DNA of 64,000 nucleotides. Source: Octopus vulgaris (taxonomy: Eukaryota). The notes under the pieces are model-generated. The model was given only the letters and a program-made list of their open reading frames with translations. It had not been told where the DNA came from and did not search any database. The translations under genes and the position numbers were made by a program. The stretch lies in contig OX597831.1 of NCBI GenBank assembly GCA_951406725.2, positions 74,710,001 to 74,774,000 of the forward strand, in the 5' to 3' direction. Below are positions 1 to 13,833 of the stretch, one piece after another (the first letter of the stretch is position 1; the number at the start of each line of letters is the position of its first letter).

Positions 1-22
1 TCCATTAGTTTGTCAACCCCTG
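1..22. mobile_element. Terminal inverted repeat end of a Tc1-like element running off the window start
   Basis: tccattagtttgtcaacccctg|TA is the near reverse complement of TA|caggggttggtcaaaataatgga at 59652, which precedes a Tc1-like transposase N-terminus. Confidence 0.55.
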
Positions 23-329
23 TATATGTACATATATATACATACATATACATACATGTGTGTGTGTGTGCGTGCGTGTATGTGTGAGTGTGTGAGTGTG
101 TATAAAGTCATAAATGAAAGAGAAATAGATTGAAATAAATTCTAATATCACGACAAATTGTTTCGTAACTTAAAACAAGTTGATGAGTAGCATCATAAAT
201 GAGTAGCAAAGGTGTACAATGAATTGACACCTGTAAATCTTTGTTACTCATTTATATGCATACATACACATACACACACACACACGCACACACACACATA
301 TTATTATTATTATTATTATTATTTAGCAG

Positions 330-520
330 TAGCATGCTGGGGGCACTACGCTGAAGAAATTTTAGTCGAATAGATCGCCCCCCCCTCACCAGTACTCACC
401 ATGTTTAAAGCCTGGTATTCATTCTATCGTACGCTTCTGTCGAACTGCTAGTTGACGGAGACGTAAACAAACCAACACCGGTTGTCAATTGATGGTGGGG
501 GGACAAAGACACACACACAC
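330..520 (-). mobile_element. SINE family A, degenerate 3' half
   Basis: catgctggggcac...ttagtcgaa...attctatcg...acgtaaac..accaacaccggttgtcaa matches the 3' half of intact family A copies. Confidence 0.7.
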
Positions 521-541
521 ATACATACATACATACATACA

Positions 542-572
<31 letters not shown>

Positions 573-778
573 CATTAATAGTAATGGTAAGACAAGAAAA
601 TAATGAATGAGACCTCGATATTATGCAAATAGAGGAATTTATCTGTAAATGTAATATGTAACAATTATTCGGTTGCCATAATAAAACTACAGATTTCGGA
701 TGTCGGAGCGGAAACCTGTAAATATATATACATATATTTACATATAAACGCAGATATACGTATACATACATACATACG

Positions 779-839
<61 letters not shown>

Positions 840-1497
840 TCACACAAACGCACACACGTAACTGATCCGGCAGAGATAACTACAGAACAGTTACAACTTG
901 AAAAACAATTTAAAACGATTAAAGAAACAAACAAACATTCGGTACAAAAATTTGTTTTGAATGCGTTTTTCTCCAATTTCTCAATTTCTCTAAACTATAA
1001 TTAGCCGCCATACACTTTTGAACACAGAAAACAACAACAACAACAACATCCAACAGCAGAAGCAACAACAACAACTACAACAATATTTCCGTGTTAAAAG
1101 TAACTGACGATATCACTAGAGACTACGTGAAGGCGTGCGATAACACCCATAGAGTAATCAATATATTGCTATACGTACAGCTGATATCAGTTTGAAATAG
1201 CACGTTCCAAGTAATGAGATTACCAAACGTAAAGCGCCACCTAGGTAGCGAACTATAACTGAGGTTAGTAAAGATGGATGTCAACAACCTGTGCCAAAGA
1301 AATGAAACGTTTAGATATTATTAAAAAAATAAATAAAAACAACAAAGAAAAAATCGGTGCGAGGTGACTCAACGGTTTTCCACACACCGATCACATCTGA
1401 TGAAAATGATGATGAGGATAATGATGAAGACGATGGTGATGGTGGTGGTGGTGCTGGTGAGAATAATAATAATAATAATAATGATAATAATAATAAT

Positions 1498-1711
1498 CTT
1501 TTCTACTCTAGGTACAAATCCCGTAATTTTGGGTGAAGTGGCCAGTCGATTAGACCGACCGCAGTACGCAAACTGGTACTTAATTTATAGACCCCCATAA
1601 GGAGGCAAGGCAAAGTCGGCCTCGGCGGAATTTGAACTCAGAACGTAGAGACAGACGAAATACCGCTAAGCATCTTGTCCGGCGCTCTAATGACTCTGCC
1701 AGCTCGCAGCC
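1498..1711 (-). mobile_element. SINE family B
   Basis: aactggtactta...aggcaaagtcggcctcggcggaatttgaactcagaacg...ctgccagctcgc matches other B copies. Confidence 0.85.
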
Positions 1712-1954
1712 TTAATGATGATGATGATGATGATGATGATGATGGTGGTGATGGTGGTGGTGGTGGTGGTGGTGGTGGTGGTGGTGGTGGTGGTGGTGGT
1801 GGTGGTGGTGGATGATGGTGATGATGATGATGATGATGAGGAGGAGGAGGAGGAGGAGGAGGAGGAGGATCATGATCATGATGATTTCTTTTATTTGCCA
1901 CCAGGGCGAAGGATGAGTGAGGACAATACAAAGACAGGCATAATAATAATGATC

Positions 1955-2270
1955 CTTTGTACTATAGGCAGAAGGCCTGAAATTTGGGGGGAGGAGGGGA
2001 CTAGTCGATTACATCGACCCCAGCGTTTCACTGGTACTTAAGGAATATCGACCTCGAAAGGAATATCGACCTCGTCGAAATTCGAACTCAGAACGTAGCG
2101 ACGGGCGAAATACTACTAAGTATTTCGTCCAGCGTGCTAGGCACAAGGCCTGAGACATTTTTGGGGCCGGGTGGTTAGGGTGGCCAGTCGACTACGTAAT
2201 CACAAGTCTTCAACTGGTACTTATTTCGTCGACCCGAAAAGGAAGAAAGGTAGTGGAATCGACTTCGATA
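1955..2270 (-). mobile_element. Two adjacent partial SINE B copies
   Basis: two successive aaggcctga...agtcga...ctggtactta...gac blocks. Confidence 0.7.
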
Positions 2271-2383
2271 AAATGGAACCGAATCAAACTGTCTTAAATG
2301 ATATCTTTTTTTGATAAACAAGAACTTTGTTAATCAAGTGATACCTTACAACTGTGCGAGTGTTTCAATACAGTCTAGAATTC

Positions 2384-2452
<69 letters not shown>

Positions 2453-2564
2453 AAATAAAAATGTATTATTAACGCTATTAATGACAATAATAAGGTGGCT
2501 ACCAAGTTTACAACTTTACAGGCAGACTATAACCTAAGTAAGTGGTAATTAAATACCGTGCTGA

Positions 2565-2636
<72 letters not shown>

Positions 2637-3194
2637 GTACCACTTAAAAAGGAAAGTGAGAGTAGAGAGGCAAGTTTTGTCTAGCGAACGTTTTAAAAAA
2701 AGATGGGTGAATGTAGCAAGGATGGCACGTATGAATGACGAAGCCACCTTGAGCATAATCCTATGAACCCAGAAATTGAAAACAGAGGGTTACCCACTTG
2801 CAAACAAATGTGGTAACCTATAACAATATTGACCGAGGTTACCGTGGTCTTTTTCGTAGGCTTTTCTTTCCACAGATAAACCTTATCTGCTTTCCCCTTT
2901 ACACCATACATCATGACACTGTGATACACGATCCCTATTGATCGTTTTTTTCCCTCTCCCCCTTTTTCCTCTTTTTTCTTCTCTTTTCAGTTTTCTTTTC
3001 TTTTTTCCTTTTTTTCTTTTTTTTCTTTTCCTTTTCTTTTCTTTTTTTCTTTTTTTTTTGTTCTTTTTTTCCCTTTTACGATCCTTTTTGATCGAAAATC
3101 TACGCCACTTTTTTTTTCTCCCCCAAAAGAAAAGCTCTACCTTGTAACTTATCCCATCTGTGTACAGCCCTGTGTGGCCAATAAAGAAACTTAT

Positions 3195-3430
<236 letters not shown>

Positions 3431-3550
3431 GCGAAACAAGGTGGACAAAATAGTATTCGATTACCAGAGGTAGAGTAATATGCTTTATTTAAAAGCAGCA
3501 AAAATATCACAAAAAAATGTTAACTCAGTTTCATGTTCTGTTTGTCGAAC

Positions 3551-3596
3551 AAAACTGTCCGACGAACGGGAACGTGAAACTCTGAGTAACAGTTTT
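3551..3596 (+). ncRNA. Type I minimal hammerhead ribozyme motif with CCGACGA core variant
   Basis: aaaactgt-CCGACGA-acg(ggaa)cgt-GAAA-ctc(t)gag-TA-acagtttt: 8-bp stem I, GNRA-capped stem II, stem III, GUA triplet. Confidence 0.75.
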
Positions 3597-3638
3597 TGTG
3601 ATGATTTTGTAGCTTTATTAATAAAGTATATATATACA

Positions 3639-3674
<36 letters not shown>

Positions 3675-3765
3675 TATATCATACATATATACACACACAT
3701 ATTCATGCATACATACATACGTAAATGCATACATATATATATTCAATGTGTATGTGTGTGTGTTG

Positions 3766-3796
<31 letters not shown>

Positions 3797-3869
3797 TAAA
3801 ATATACACATATATATATACATACACATATACACACACACAGACACACACACGTATATATATACATATA

Positions 3870-4480
3870 TATAGGCTGCGATGGGTAAATTTCGTGTATG
3901 TGCGTTGTTTATTTTTGATTTTGCCGATTATACAGTATAGTAGGCTCAGTTGGGCACCGTCTGCGAGCAAAACAGTACCATGCCGCAATTCATTCAGCCA
4001 GAAATTTGGAAATGACATGCTGTGCTACTTCGCGCCGGAAGCTCCAATGCGAACAACTGCGGAACAGACAGAACAACCGTTCGCTTCCCATGTGCCCAAA
4101 ACTTGTGGTTTAAATCAAACATCCAGTCAACTCCATTAGTAGTCACTAATGATGGTGACATTATGCCTCCATTCATCTTCCCACACAGCCTCACACTCAA
4201 TACGGGGTCCTACATCAAGTGCCTGGAGGTAGTAGTGCTGCCCTGGGTCAAGAGGGTAGTTGCTGGAAGACCCCATGCCTGGCAACAGGATTCTGCACCA
4301 TGCCACACAAGCAGGAGAGCCTAGTCATGGCTGTCAGACAATTTCTACGCCCACATCACCCCTAACATCTGGCAACCTAACTCCCAACACTGCAACTCCG
4401 CTTGATTATTATGTGTGGGGCGCAGTTGGGCGAGAGACCAACGAAACTCCTTGCGCTCTCTTCTCCAGGACCCAAACTCA
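3870..4480 (+). pseudogene. Internally deleted Tc1/mariner transposase of DD37D (maT) type
   Basis: DGDIMPPFIFP..LTLNTGSYIKCLE..PW..WQQDSAPCH...W.PNS..CN/PLDYYVWG; 37 residues between the 2nd and 3rd Asp after correcting a 1-nt frameshift; in-frame stop. Confidence 0.85.
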
Positions 4481-4735
4481 GCCATAATTTGTTCCATACG
4501 TATGTATGTATGTATGTATGTATGTATGTATGTATGTATGTATGTATGTATGTATGTATGTATGTATGTATGTATGTATGCATGCATGCATGTGTGTATG
4601 TATGTATGTATGTATGTATGTATGTATGTATGTATGTATGTATGTATGTATGTGTGTATACACACACACACACATATATATCTTTCAATACATCTCAACG
4701 CTTCCAAAACAAACTTTGTTTACTTTCATCCTAAG

Positions 4736-4808
<73 letters not shown>

Positions 4809-4872
4809 TAAGAAAAGAAATGGAGCAACATTATTGGTATTAGAAGGTCATAGTTTAATTGTAGTTCAAGAA

Positions 4873-4951
4873 CATTTACAGCTGTTTCAGTTTGTTATTT
4901 CGAAGGAAATTTGCATTTATCTCGTTCCATTTAACAAACATCGTCAGAATG
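4873..4951 (-). ncRNA. Type I hammerhead ribozyme motif, canonical core
   Basis: minus strand: catt-CTGACGA-t-gtttgtta...taacaaac-t-GAAA-cagctg-TA-aatg; 8-bp stem II, palindromic stem III. Confidence 0.8.
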
Positions 4952-5914
4952 ATTTAGAGTTTATCGAAGGAATATAGATAGGAGAAAAAAGGGAAATGAA
5001 AAGAAAAAGGGAAAAATGGAAAAAGGAATAGGTTTGTTAAGTCTTTAGGCCTACATTATTGTGACCTTTTTGGGTTACACTTGTGTGTATACACATGTAT
5101 GTATACATATGTGTATATACACATGTATGCTTGAATATATTTTTATGAATATATATGTATATATATCCATCTATGTATACATATATATATATACATACAT
5201 ACATATATATTATGCATATACATACATGTATGTGTGTGTGTGAATATGTATGCATGCATGTATACGTATGTGTGAGGAGTGTGGAGAGAGAGAAGAGGAA
5301 AGAGAGGGGGGAGAGAGGAAGCGGGAGAGTGAGAGAAATAGTGAGGGAGAGAGAGAAAGAGAGAGATAAAGAGATAGAGAGAGAGGTAAATTGGCATATT
5401 CGTTAGAGCTTTAGAATTTGTTTTGACACTCAACATACTGAGTTCAAATCCGGCTGAGGTCAACTTGGCCTTTCATCCATTCGAGATCGTTTAAAGCGAA
5501 AGAAAGAAAGAAAGGAAGAAGTGGAAGCAACACAAGACTAACCCACGTTTCTATGATTGACGCAACAACCAACTATCAATACCATCATCAACAGCACTAC
5601 CACCACCACCACTGCCAGTACCCCCACGCCACCACCATCTACACTACTATGAAGGTCACCACCTCCCACCACATCATCGCCGCAACCTACACCACCACCA
5701 ACACCACCATCACCATTACTACCACAGTCATCAAAAATCACTAACAACATCACCATCACCATCACCATCACCACCACCACCACTAGCATAATCAGCATCA
5801 CCACCATCACCATCACCACTATCACCACTATCATGACCACCACGACAACCGCAATCACACTTTAAAGTGACAATATTTCTCTTTGAAGAAAAATCTGCTC
5901 ATTTATAAGTGGTA

Positions 5915-6005
5915 AAACTGTACCTGTAGAGCTTATCCCGAACAGGTAATGCTTCTCGATAGCACTGCCAGGCCAGGGATCTTTGGTGATTGTCCTTCTT
6001 GAATT
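5915..6005 (-). pseudogene. Tx1/L1-type LINE ORF2 C-terminal fragment
   Basis: minus-strand translation KDNHQRSLAWQCYREALPVRDKLYRYS resembles the W....LPV...L segment preceding the zinc knuckle of Tx1-like ORF2. Confidence 0.5.
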
Positions 6006-6229
6006 TTTGTCATTCTTGAATTTTTCCATCTGATTTTGAATTGAATTTCCTTTTCAAATGGGTGTCTAATTTTCATACAACAACCCATAAAATATGGATG
6101 ACAATTTTCACTAAGTGCTGCAATTAATATTGTAAAGGATTATATTATTTGGAAAAGACCCCCTAAAACTAGTGAATAAAGATTTTACTCAACTTTTAGA
6201 AGCTATTAGAAATTATAGTGAATACTATA

Positions 6230-6400
6230 GGCGCAGGAGTGGCTGTGTGGTAAGTAGCTTGCTAATCAACCACATGGTTCCGGCTTCAGTCCTACTGCAT
6301 GGCATCTTGGGCAAGTGTCTTCTGCTATAGCCTCGGGCCGACCAATGCCTTGTGAGTGGATTTGGTAGACGGAAACTGAAAGAAGCCCGTCGTATATATG

Positions 6401-6441
<41 letters not shown>

Positions 6442-6648
6442 CTGTGTTTATCCCCCTAGCATTGCTTGACAACCTATGCTGGTGTGTTTATGTCCTCGTC
6501 ACTTAGCGGTTCGGCAAAAGAGACCGATAAAATAAGTACTGGGCTTACAAAGAATAAGTCCCGGGGTCGATTTGCTCGACTAAAGGCGGTGCTCCAGCAT
6601 GGCCGCAGTCAAATGACTGAAACAATTTAAAGAAAGTTAAAGAGAGAG
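6230..6648 (+). mobile_element. SINE family A, full length (~420 bp, tRNA-derived head, internal (TA)n(TG)n)
   Basis: head ggcgcaggagtggctgtgtggtaag (A box), B-box-like ggcttcagtcc, tail gcatggccgcagtcaaatgactgaaac; near identical to many other copies. Confidence 0.9.
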
Positions 6649-7848
6649 TACCTCACGAAGGTATATTTGTAGCACATACTGATCTGATGTAAATCTAGAT
6701 TTAGTTTGATTTTGTCACCAATTAAGTCTACCTCCAGAGCAACTAGAGTCAGTATCAAATTACCTCACTATTTTCTAGTTCAGTCACTAATATGCCTACT
6801 GTATAAAGACCAGCAGCAGCTTTCATTCACAAACTGAATTGATCTTTGTTTCTCTCTATAACTTGCTGGAATTAATACCTCCCTGTCACATCATAAAACT
6901 ACTATTACATCTGTTGTTGTTGTTGTTAGTGTTGGTCGTGGTCATGGCGTTGGGGCAATGGTGGCGATTGCAGTGATGGTGGTAGTGGTAGTGGTGGTTG
7001 TTGTTTTGGTGGTGGTGGTGGTGGTGGTGGTGGTGTTGGTGTAGGTGGTGATGGCGGTTGTGTTGGTTGTGGTCCTAGTGGTGGCGACGTACACGAGAAG
7101 AGTGCGTGTTATAGCATTAGTCTGTTGTTGGGGTGGGGGTTCGGTCACTGTCGTGATGGTCATGGTAGACACGACGACGACGACAATGTTCATAAAGACA
7201 ATGGCTTGTGATGCTAAATACTACAAGAACAAACTTGCTTGCTTGTTTCTTGCGTCTCTCCCTCTTTTTCTTTCTTTCTTTCTTCCTTTCTTTCTTTCTT
7301 TCTCTCTCTCTATGTGTGAATAAATGTATGTGTGTATGTATTTGTGGGTGTGTAGAAATACACACATGTGGAAGCGTCGGTACACGTGTACCGAAGCTCT
7401 CCCATGTGGCAGCCTTGGTAATTGTTAATTGTTAATTCTTCTATAACTGAAACTATTGGTAGCTTGTTAAACCACAAATGGAGAATATTTAATAAAGGAC
7501 ATGTGGGAAAGCGAGGAATAGAGGTCACTGCACATCTAAGCAAGTCTCTTCAATGTGTATGTGTATGTGTGTGTGAGTGTGTGTGTGCGTATGTGGATGT
7601 GTGTGTGTGTGTGCGTATGTGGATGTGTGTGTGTGTACATACATATATTGTAATAATTTTATGTTCGGGTAGACACCTTGTAGTATTCTGTTTAAAGCCC
7701 GTCCGCAGGAGTCGGCTAGCTGATATCAACAACAATTATGGTTGTATATGCCACAGGATTTACTTCAGGAATTCTTTTGTGCCCGTAGCGTTTATATAAA
7801 ATGATGAGAGACAGAAAATGGAATTCCCGAAACTCTTTATTCAAAACG

Positions 7849-7936
7849 ACTACGACCGTTTCAACCCATACTGACAGGTGATATGCTGTACAAATAATTG
7901 TCATGCTCCATAGGTACAGATGCGTATCCTCAGGTG
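7849..7936 (-). ncRNA. Hammerhead ribozyme motif with long stem II and degraded stem I
   Basis: minus strand: ac-CTGAGGA-t-acgcatctg...cagtatgggt-t-GAAA-cggtcg-TA-gt. Confidence 0.55.
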
Positions 7937-8247
7937 ACTTTTCAAAAAGTACCTCTTTTTTTTCTTACCGTTTCGTTTATTTCTATAGCAATACAGTTTG
8001 GTTAGTGTAGCATTCCATCCATCTCCACAACGAACTGAGATGTAATGAAAAAATCGTTCTCATTTAAGCAATGAAATTACGAATACAAGAATAAAAGAAT
8101 AAGGAAATAAAGAAAATGTGTAATACACCGATGATGAGACAGTTAAATAAAAAAATAAAACATAAAATATCAAATAGAATAGAACAAAAAGAAAAAGGAA
8201 ATAATCGGACATTAATACTGACCTTTACATTTCATCCAAATAACACA

Positions 8248-8287
<40 letters not shown>

Positions 8288-8511
8288 CACATACACACAT
8301 ACACATGAAAGTTCAGGATTCAAGTGCACCAGGTACTTGTATGGTAAAGCACCGGTCAGGTAAAAAAAAGGGAATCGTTTATACGTGTGGTTCCCAAAGT
8401 GTACGGCATTACTCCCCTGGGAGCGGTGGAAAGTTGCAAGTAGACTTTGAAGAAAAATGGGGTGATAATGGGGGTATATATATACACATATACATATACA
8501 TATTGATAAAC

Positions 8512-8631
<120 letters not shown>

Positions 8632-8946
8632 GAAAAGTGGTTAGGAGTCCATATGAATCAAAGATTATAGTTTAAAAAAAGTAAATAAAGTTGGAAAAGG
8701 TACAGAATTATATTTTACAGAAGTATATTTTATTAAACATTCTCTAAAATATACTTCTGTGACTTTTCAAACATTATTTACGTTCATTATTTACATTATT
8801 TACATTTGACGGATATTTGTCCTCATCTTGTTTGTTGTTAAGACAACGTTTCCAGCAAAAAGATGTCTACCCTTATGTAAATTATGTAAATAATGTACAT
8901 AATTTCTCATCTCTTAAATATAGAACTGTATTATTTACGTTCTTTT

Positions 8947-8985
<39 letters not shown>

Positions 8986-9104
8986 TGTGTAATAAAACCA
9001 GTTTTGCATTAATCTGATGGTTTACTCAATACTTTAGGAGAGAACAAATTTATTATTCTTAAACAAGGGTATTACTGACAACGGCTTAGGCACGTTAAGC
9101 CATC

Positions 9105-9143
9105 GTCTGACGACGGCTTAACTGGTCGAAGCTTCGAAGTCAC
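9105..9143 (+). ncRNA. Degenerate hammerhead motif (GAAA to GAAG)
   Basis: gt-CTGACGA-c-ggct(taact)ggtc-GAAG-cttcgaag-TC-ac; related to the element at 57652-57759. Confidence 0.45.
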
Positions 9144-9280
9144 TGTAATCTGTGCCTGAATGAACTAGGTTTCTGTTTGAAACCTGCGAAACACTAAGTC
9201 ACATGGAACCGAAACAAACTCTTTAAATTATATATATATATATATATATATATTATGAATTATAAGTTAGTTATTGAGGC

Positions 9281-9391
9281 CGGTTACTGACGAGAATTCG
9301 CCTGGCGGGTAATATTGTCTTGCTAAATTACCTATTAAAGGATGGTAAATAATCTTATTTGCTAAAGGAATTCGAAACCCTGGTATAACCG
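9281..9391 (+). ncRNA. Type I hammerhead ribozyme motif, canonical core, extended stem II
   Basis: cggtta-CTGACGA-gaattc...gaattc-GAAA-cc(ct)gg-TA-taaccg; perfect 6-bp stems I and II, further pairing tggcgggtaa/ttatttgcta with G-U. Confidence 0.85.
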
Positions 9392-9551
9392 CTAAGAAAA
9401 ATAACAAGGTAAAAGTTTTTAGTTTTCATTTACTTCGAAAATTGCTATAAAATCGTGGTTTTGACCGTGTTGGCTGCTATTTCTAGCATGTAAAATTTAC
9501 CTGTTAAAGGGTAGTTTTCTTTTGTGTTTAAATGTACACTATTTTAAAATA

Positions 9552-9647
<96 letters not shown>

Positions 9648-10112
9648 TGGAAAGAGATAAATTATAAGTATACATACACACATACGTGTGTCTGTCTATA
9701 AGTATAGTCCTCTCCAGTCTAGAGGATACGAAAGTGCAATCACTTGTTAAGAAGTGTTCTCTCGTAAAGATAAGTTATAGTTTCCACTTTTATTTATCAC
9801 CTTCCATAATTAATAAAGAAACAGAATAGAAATTACGACAAAGAATCTAGCAATATAATAAATATATAACAATATACGCGCTTGGATATATTAATATGGC
9901 TAAATCTACATGGTATCATAAACCTTTATATATTATATACTGGGACTAAGATATATGCCACTATATAGTATATAATAATGAATTCTTCATAGACTAAAAT
10001 AATGCAATGCAGACACTGTACATTTGATAAAATATAGATGTTATGCGATAGTTGATATAACGCAAGCAAAATATCCGCGCTATCGTATCGTTTAATATAT
10101 AATAAATATATT

Positions 10113-10317
10113 TTTACTCTTTACTCTTTTGCTTGTTTCAGTCATGTGACTGCGGCCATGCTGGAGCACCGCCTTTAGTCGAAGAAATCGAACCCAGGAC
10201 TTATTCTTTGTAAGCCTAGTACTTATTCTATCGCGCTCTTTTTGCCGAACCGCTAAGTTACGGGGACGTAAACACACCAGCATCGGTTGTCAAGCGATGT
10301 TGGGGGAGAAACACAGA

Positions 10318-10361
<44 letters not shown>

Positions 10362-10528
10362 TATACGACAGGCTTCTTTCAGTTTCCGTCTACCAAATCT
10401 ACTCACAAGGCTTTGGTCAGCCCGAGGCTATAGTACAAGTCACTTGCCCAAGGTGCCACAAAATGGGACTGAACCCAGAACCATGTGGCTGGTAAGCAAG
10501 CTACTTACCACACAGCTACTCCTGCGCC
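10113..10528 (-). mobile_element. SINE family A, full length
   Basis: reverse complement of 6230-6648; ends ...ctcctgcgcc. Confidence 0.9.
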
Positions 10529-10649
10529 TATAAATATGCGATATACGCCACAACATAGAATGCCATATAATTATAGTGTTGAATTCAATTCATGATATCA
10601 ACTAGAATACAGAATTTATTTTGCGTACATACATATATACATGCCTGCA

Positions 10650-10900
10650 TCTTTTACTTGTTTCAGTCATTGGATTGCGACCATATGTGGCACCATCTTT
10701 TGACGAGCTTTTAGTCGAATGAATGAACCCTAGTGCTTTCTTGTTAAGCCTGATACTTAGTGAATCTATTTTTTTGACCGAACTACTAGGTTACGGGTAC
10801 GTAAACACACAAGCTTCTTTCAGTTTCCGTCTACCGACTCCAATCACAAAACCTTTGTTGGCTCCAGGCCATAGTAAAAGGCGCTCGGACAAAGTCCCTA
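10650..10900 (-). mobile_element. SINE family A, degenerate and internally deleted
   Basis: ttttacttgtttcagtcatt...acgtaaacac...gcttctttcagtttccgtctacc. Confidence 0.7.
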
Positions 10901-11304
10901 CGTAAACTCACACTCACACATACTCATTCCCACTCCGTCTACGCACACACGCATACACACACACATACACACTGCGACACCCACACATTCACACACTATA
11001 GCTGTCACTATAGCTGCTGACCTCCCTCAGCAACTTTAATACACACGCACACAGATCCGACCACACACACATACAGACTACGCACGCACACACACACACG
11101 CATTTAATACCACACACACAAACAAACACGCACAGTTAATACCACACGCACACACAGACACACAAATGCAATTACTGCTACACACACACACACAGAGGCT
11201 ACCATATATACACGCGCTACCATACATGCACACACTACACACACACATACTGACCAGTTTCACACTCTCCTCTCCCAGAAAGCACTTTCCTTCTTCCGGT
11301 TACT

Positions 11305-11500
11305 TCAAAAATGTAACCGCACGTGATTGTTGACGAATTTTTTTCCACCTTCGTCTCAGACTTTCCTGTTTTCCTCTTTCCGAAGAAGAGCTATGCTCGA
11401 AATCTAAAACTACTACTCTTTTCCTTCTCTGAGCGTCTTATTAATTCTTTGTTTTCACCATATCTACGCGTTTGTTTCTTTTTTCTTTTCTCTTTTCTCT
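11305..11500 (+). mobile_element. ~200-bp hammerhead-bearing non-autonomous element (my family H), degenerate
   Basis: starts aaaatgtaaccgcacgtga; contains ttt-CCGAAGA-a-gagc(tat)gctc-GAAA-tc-TA-aaa at 11377-11409; homologous to 33408-33615 and 35686-36120. Confidence 0.65.
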
Positions 11501-11842
11501 GTATATTTTTTAAATTCTCTCTCTCTCCCTCTCCCCCTCTCTCTCTCTGTATACATATGTATACATATATATATATATATATACATATATAGAGGACGAT
11601 GGGTTAACTTGACCACGGCGGGATTTGAAACCCGAATGCACAGAACCTGAAGATATAATTACCGGTGAGCATTTTACTTGATCCTGAAACGATCCCGCCA
11701 CTTCGAACTTTGTCAGACACCACCGCCGCCGCCACAATCAGCAACACCACCACCACCACCACCACTACTACTACTACCACCACCACTACTAATTACTATT
11801 ATCACCACCAGCACGCACACCACCTCCACCACCACCACCATC

Positions 11843-11883
<41 letters not shown>

Positions 11884-12435
11884 CTACATCTCAATTACTA
11901 TTGTTACTACTATTACTATTACAACTGCTGTTGTTGCTGTTACTACTACTATTACTGCTATTACTGCTATTACTACTAGCACTACTGCTCCTGCTACTAC
12001 TACTACTACCTCCAACACCACACCACCACTTACTACATCCACCATCTCCACCATCAGCAACAGCAACAACCCATTAGAAACCACCAAACAGGTCCTGTAG
12101 GTGGTCACTTTATATGCGAGAAATAACAACCAAATCTCACTTAGATCACATTGTGTGGTCTTAGAAAAGGACCGGTTGGATTCGTGCAGTCTTGGATTCT
12201 CCGTACGAAGCAAACGGATTGGCATGGCCACAACTAGAAGGTGTTTGATCAGATGTCCGCTCGATTCTGATACTAAACAACAACAACAACAACACCACCA
12301 ATAAGAGCCACTTTTAGCTTGCAAAAATCCTTCACGCGGTTCATATGACTGCTAGAGATAGCAAGTAAATTCCTTGAAATCACATCTACCGTCCTAAAAC
12401 AGGAAAGCTGCAATTTGATTTTAATCTTAGACATA

Positions 12436-12597
12436 GGCGCAGGAGTGGCTGTGTGGTAAGTAGCTTGTTTACCAACCACATGGTTCCGGGTTCAGTCCAC
12501 TGCGTGGCATCTTGGGCAGGTGTCTTCTACTATAGCCTCGGGCCGACCAAAGCCTTGTGAGTGGATTTGGTAGACGGAAACTGAAAGAAGCCCGTCG

Positions 12598-12630
<33 letters not shown>

Positions 12631-12848
12631 TTGTGTGTCTGTGTTTGTCCTCCTAGCATTGCTTGACAACCGATGCTGGTATGTTTACGTCCCCGTAACT
12701 TAGCGGTTCGGCAAAAGAGACCGATAGAATAAGTACTGGGCTTACAAAGAATAAGCCCCGGGGTCGATTTGCTCGACTAAAGGCGGTGCTCCAGCATGGC
12801 CGCAGTCAAACGACTGAAACAAGTAAAAGAGTAAAAGAGTAAAAGAGT
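12436..12848 (+). mobile_element. SINE family A, full length
   Basis: intact head, B box ggttcagtcc, repeated gtaaaaga tail. Confidence 0.9.
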
Positions 12849-13242
12849 ATATAAAAAGACAGAGTGATCATAGTTGGAACGTCTTTGATCATAAGTTTGA
12901 TCATTAAGGGTTGACCTAGGGTTAAAAAGAAACAACAGAGGCGCTACAGCCGTGGCCACTGCTGCTACCACCACCACCACAACATCAACGTCACCATCAT
13001 TATCGCTACGAACAACATCAACGTCACCGCAAAGATTTTCATCGCCATTGCCAATAAACTCCACCGTTAACATTACCTCAACGACCGCTACCACCACCAC
13101 CACCACCACCGCCGCCGCCGACATTACTGATGACGACTACAGCGCCACCACCTTCACAACAATCAACAAACGCACCCACTTCAACCCACTTCTGGCCACC
13201 CCTACCTTCTCAGTAATCAGACGTAATATATCATATTTCTGT

Positions 13243-13320
<78 letters not shown>

Positions 13321-13422
13321 GTATATATACATGTATATATATGTATATATATATATACATACATGCATATATATATTATATATGTATGCATGTATATACA
13401 TATATATATATTTATATATATG

Positions 13423-13461
<39 letters not shown>

Positions 13462-13467
13462 ATATAC

Positions 13468-13499
<32 letters not shown>

Positions 13500-13714
13500 T
13501 TGTGTGTTTGAGTGTGTGTGTATGTGTGTGTGCATGCACACATACATTCACATGCATGTCTGAACAACTATTTCTATGTATGTACGTATAATACATACGC
13601 ACACACACTCATATTCATACGCACACACACACACTCACAAGCACACACATATATGTAAGTATCAATACATTGATACATATAGAATTATGTAAATAGATAT
13701 CTATGTATTTATTC

Positions 13715-13767
<53 letters not shown>

Positions 13768-13781
13768 TGTACTTATTCATT

Positions 13782-13833
<52 letters not shown>

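Noticed and set aside
148-254. Minus-strand half-hammerhead (GAAA-caatttg-TC) beside a 17-bp hairpin
   Set aside because: Core missing; too decayed to call
1103-1200. CTGACGA followed by a small hairpin
   Set aside because: No GAAA closing stem II and no stem I partner
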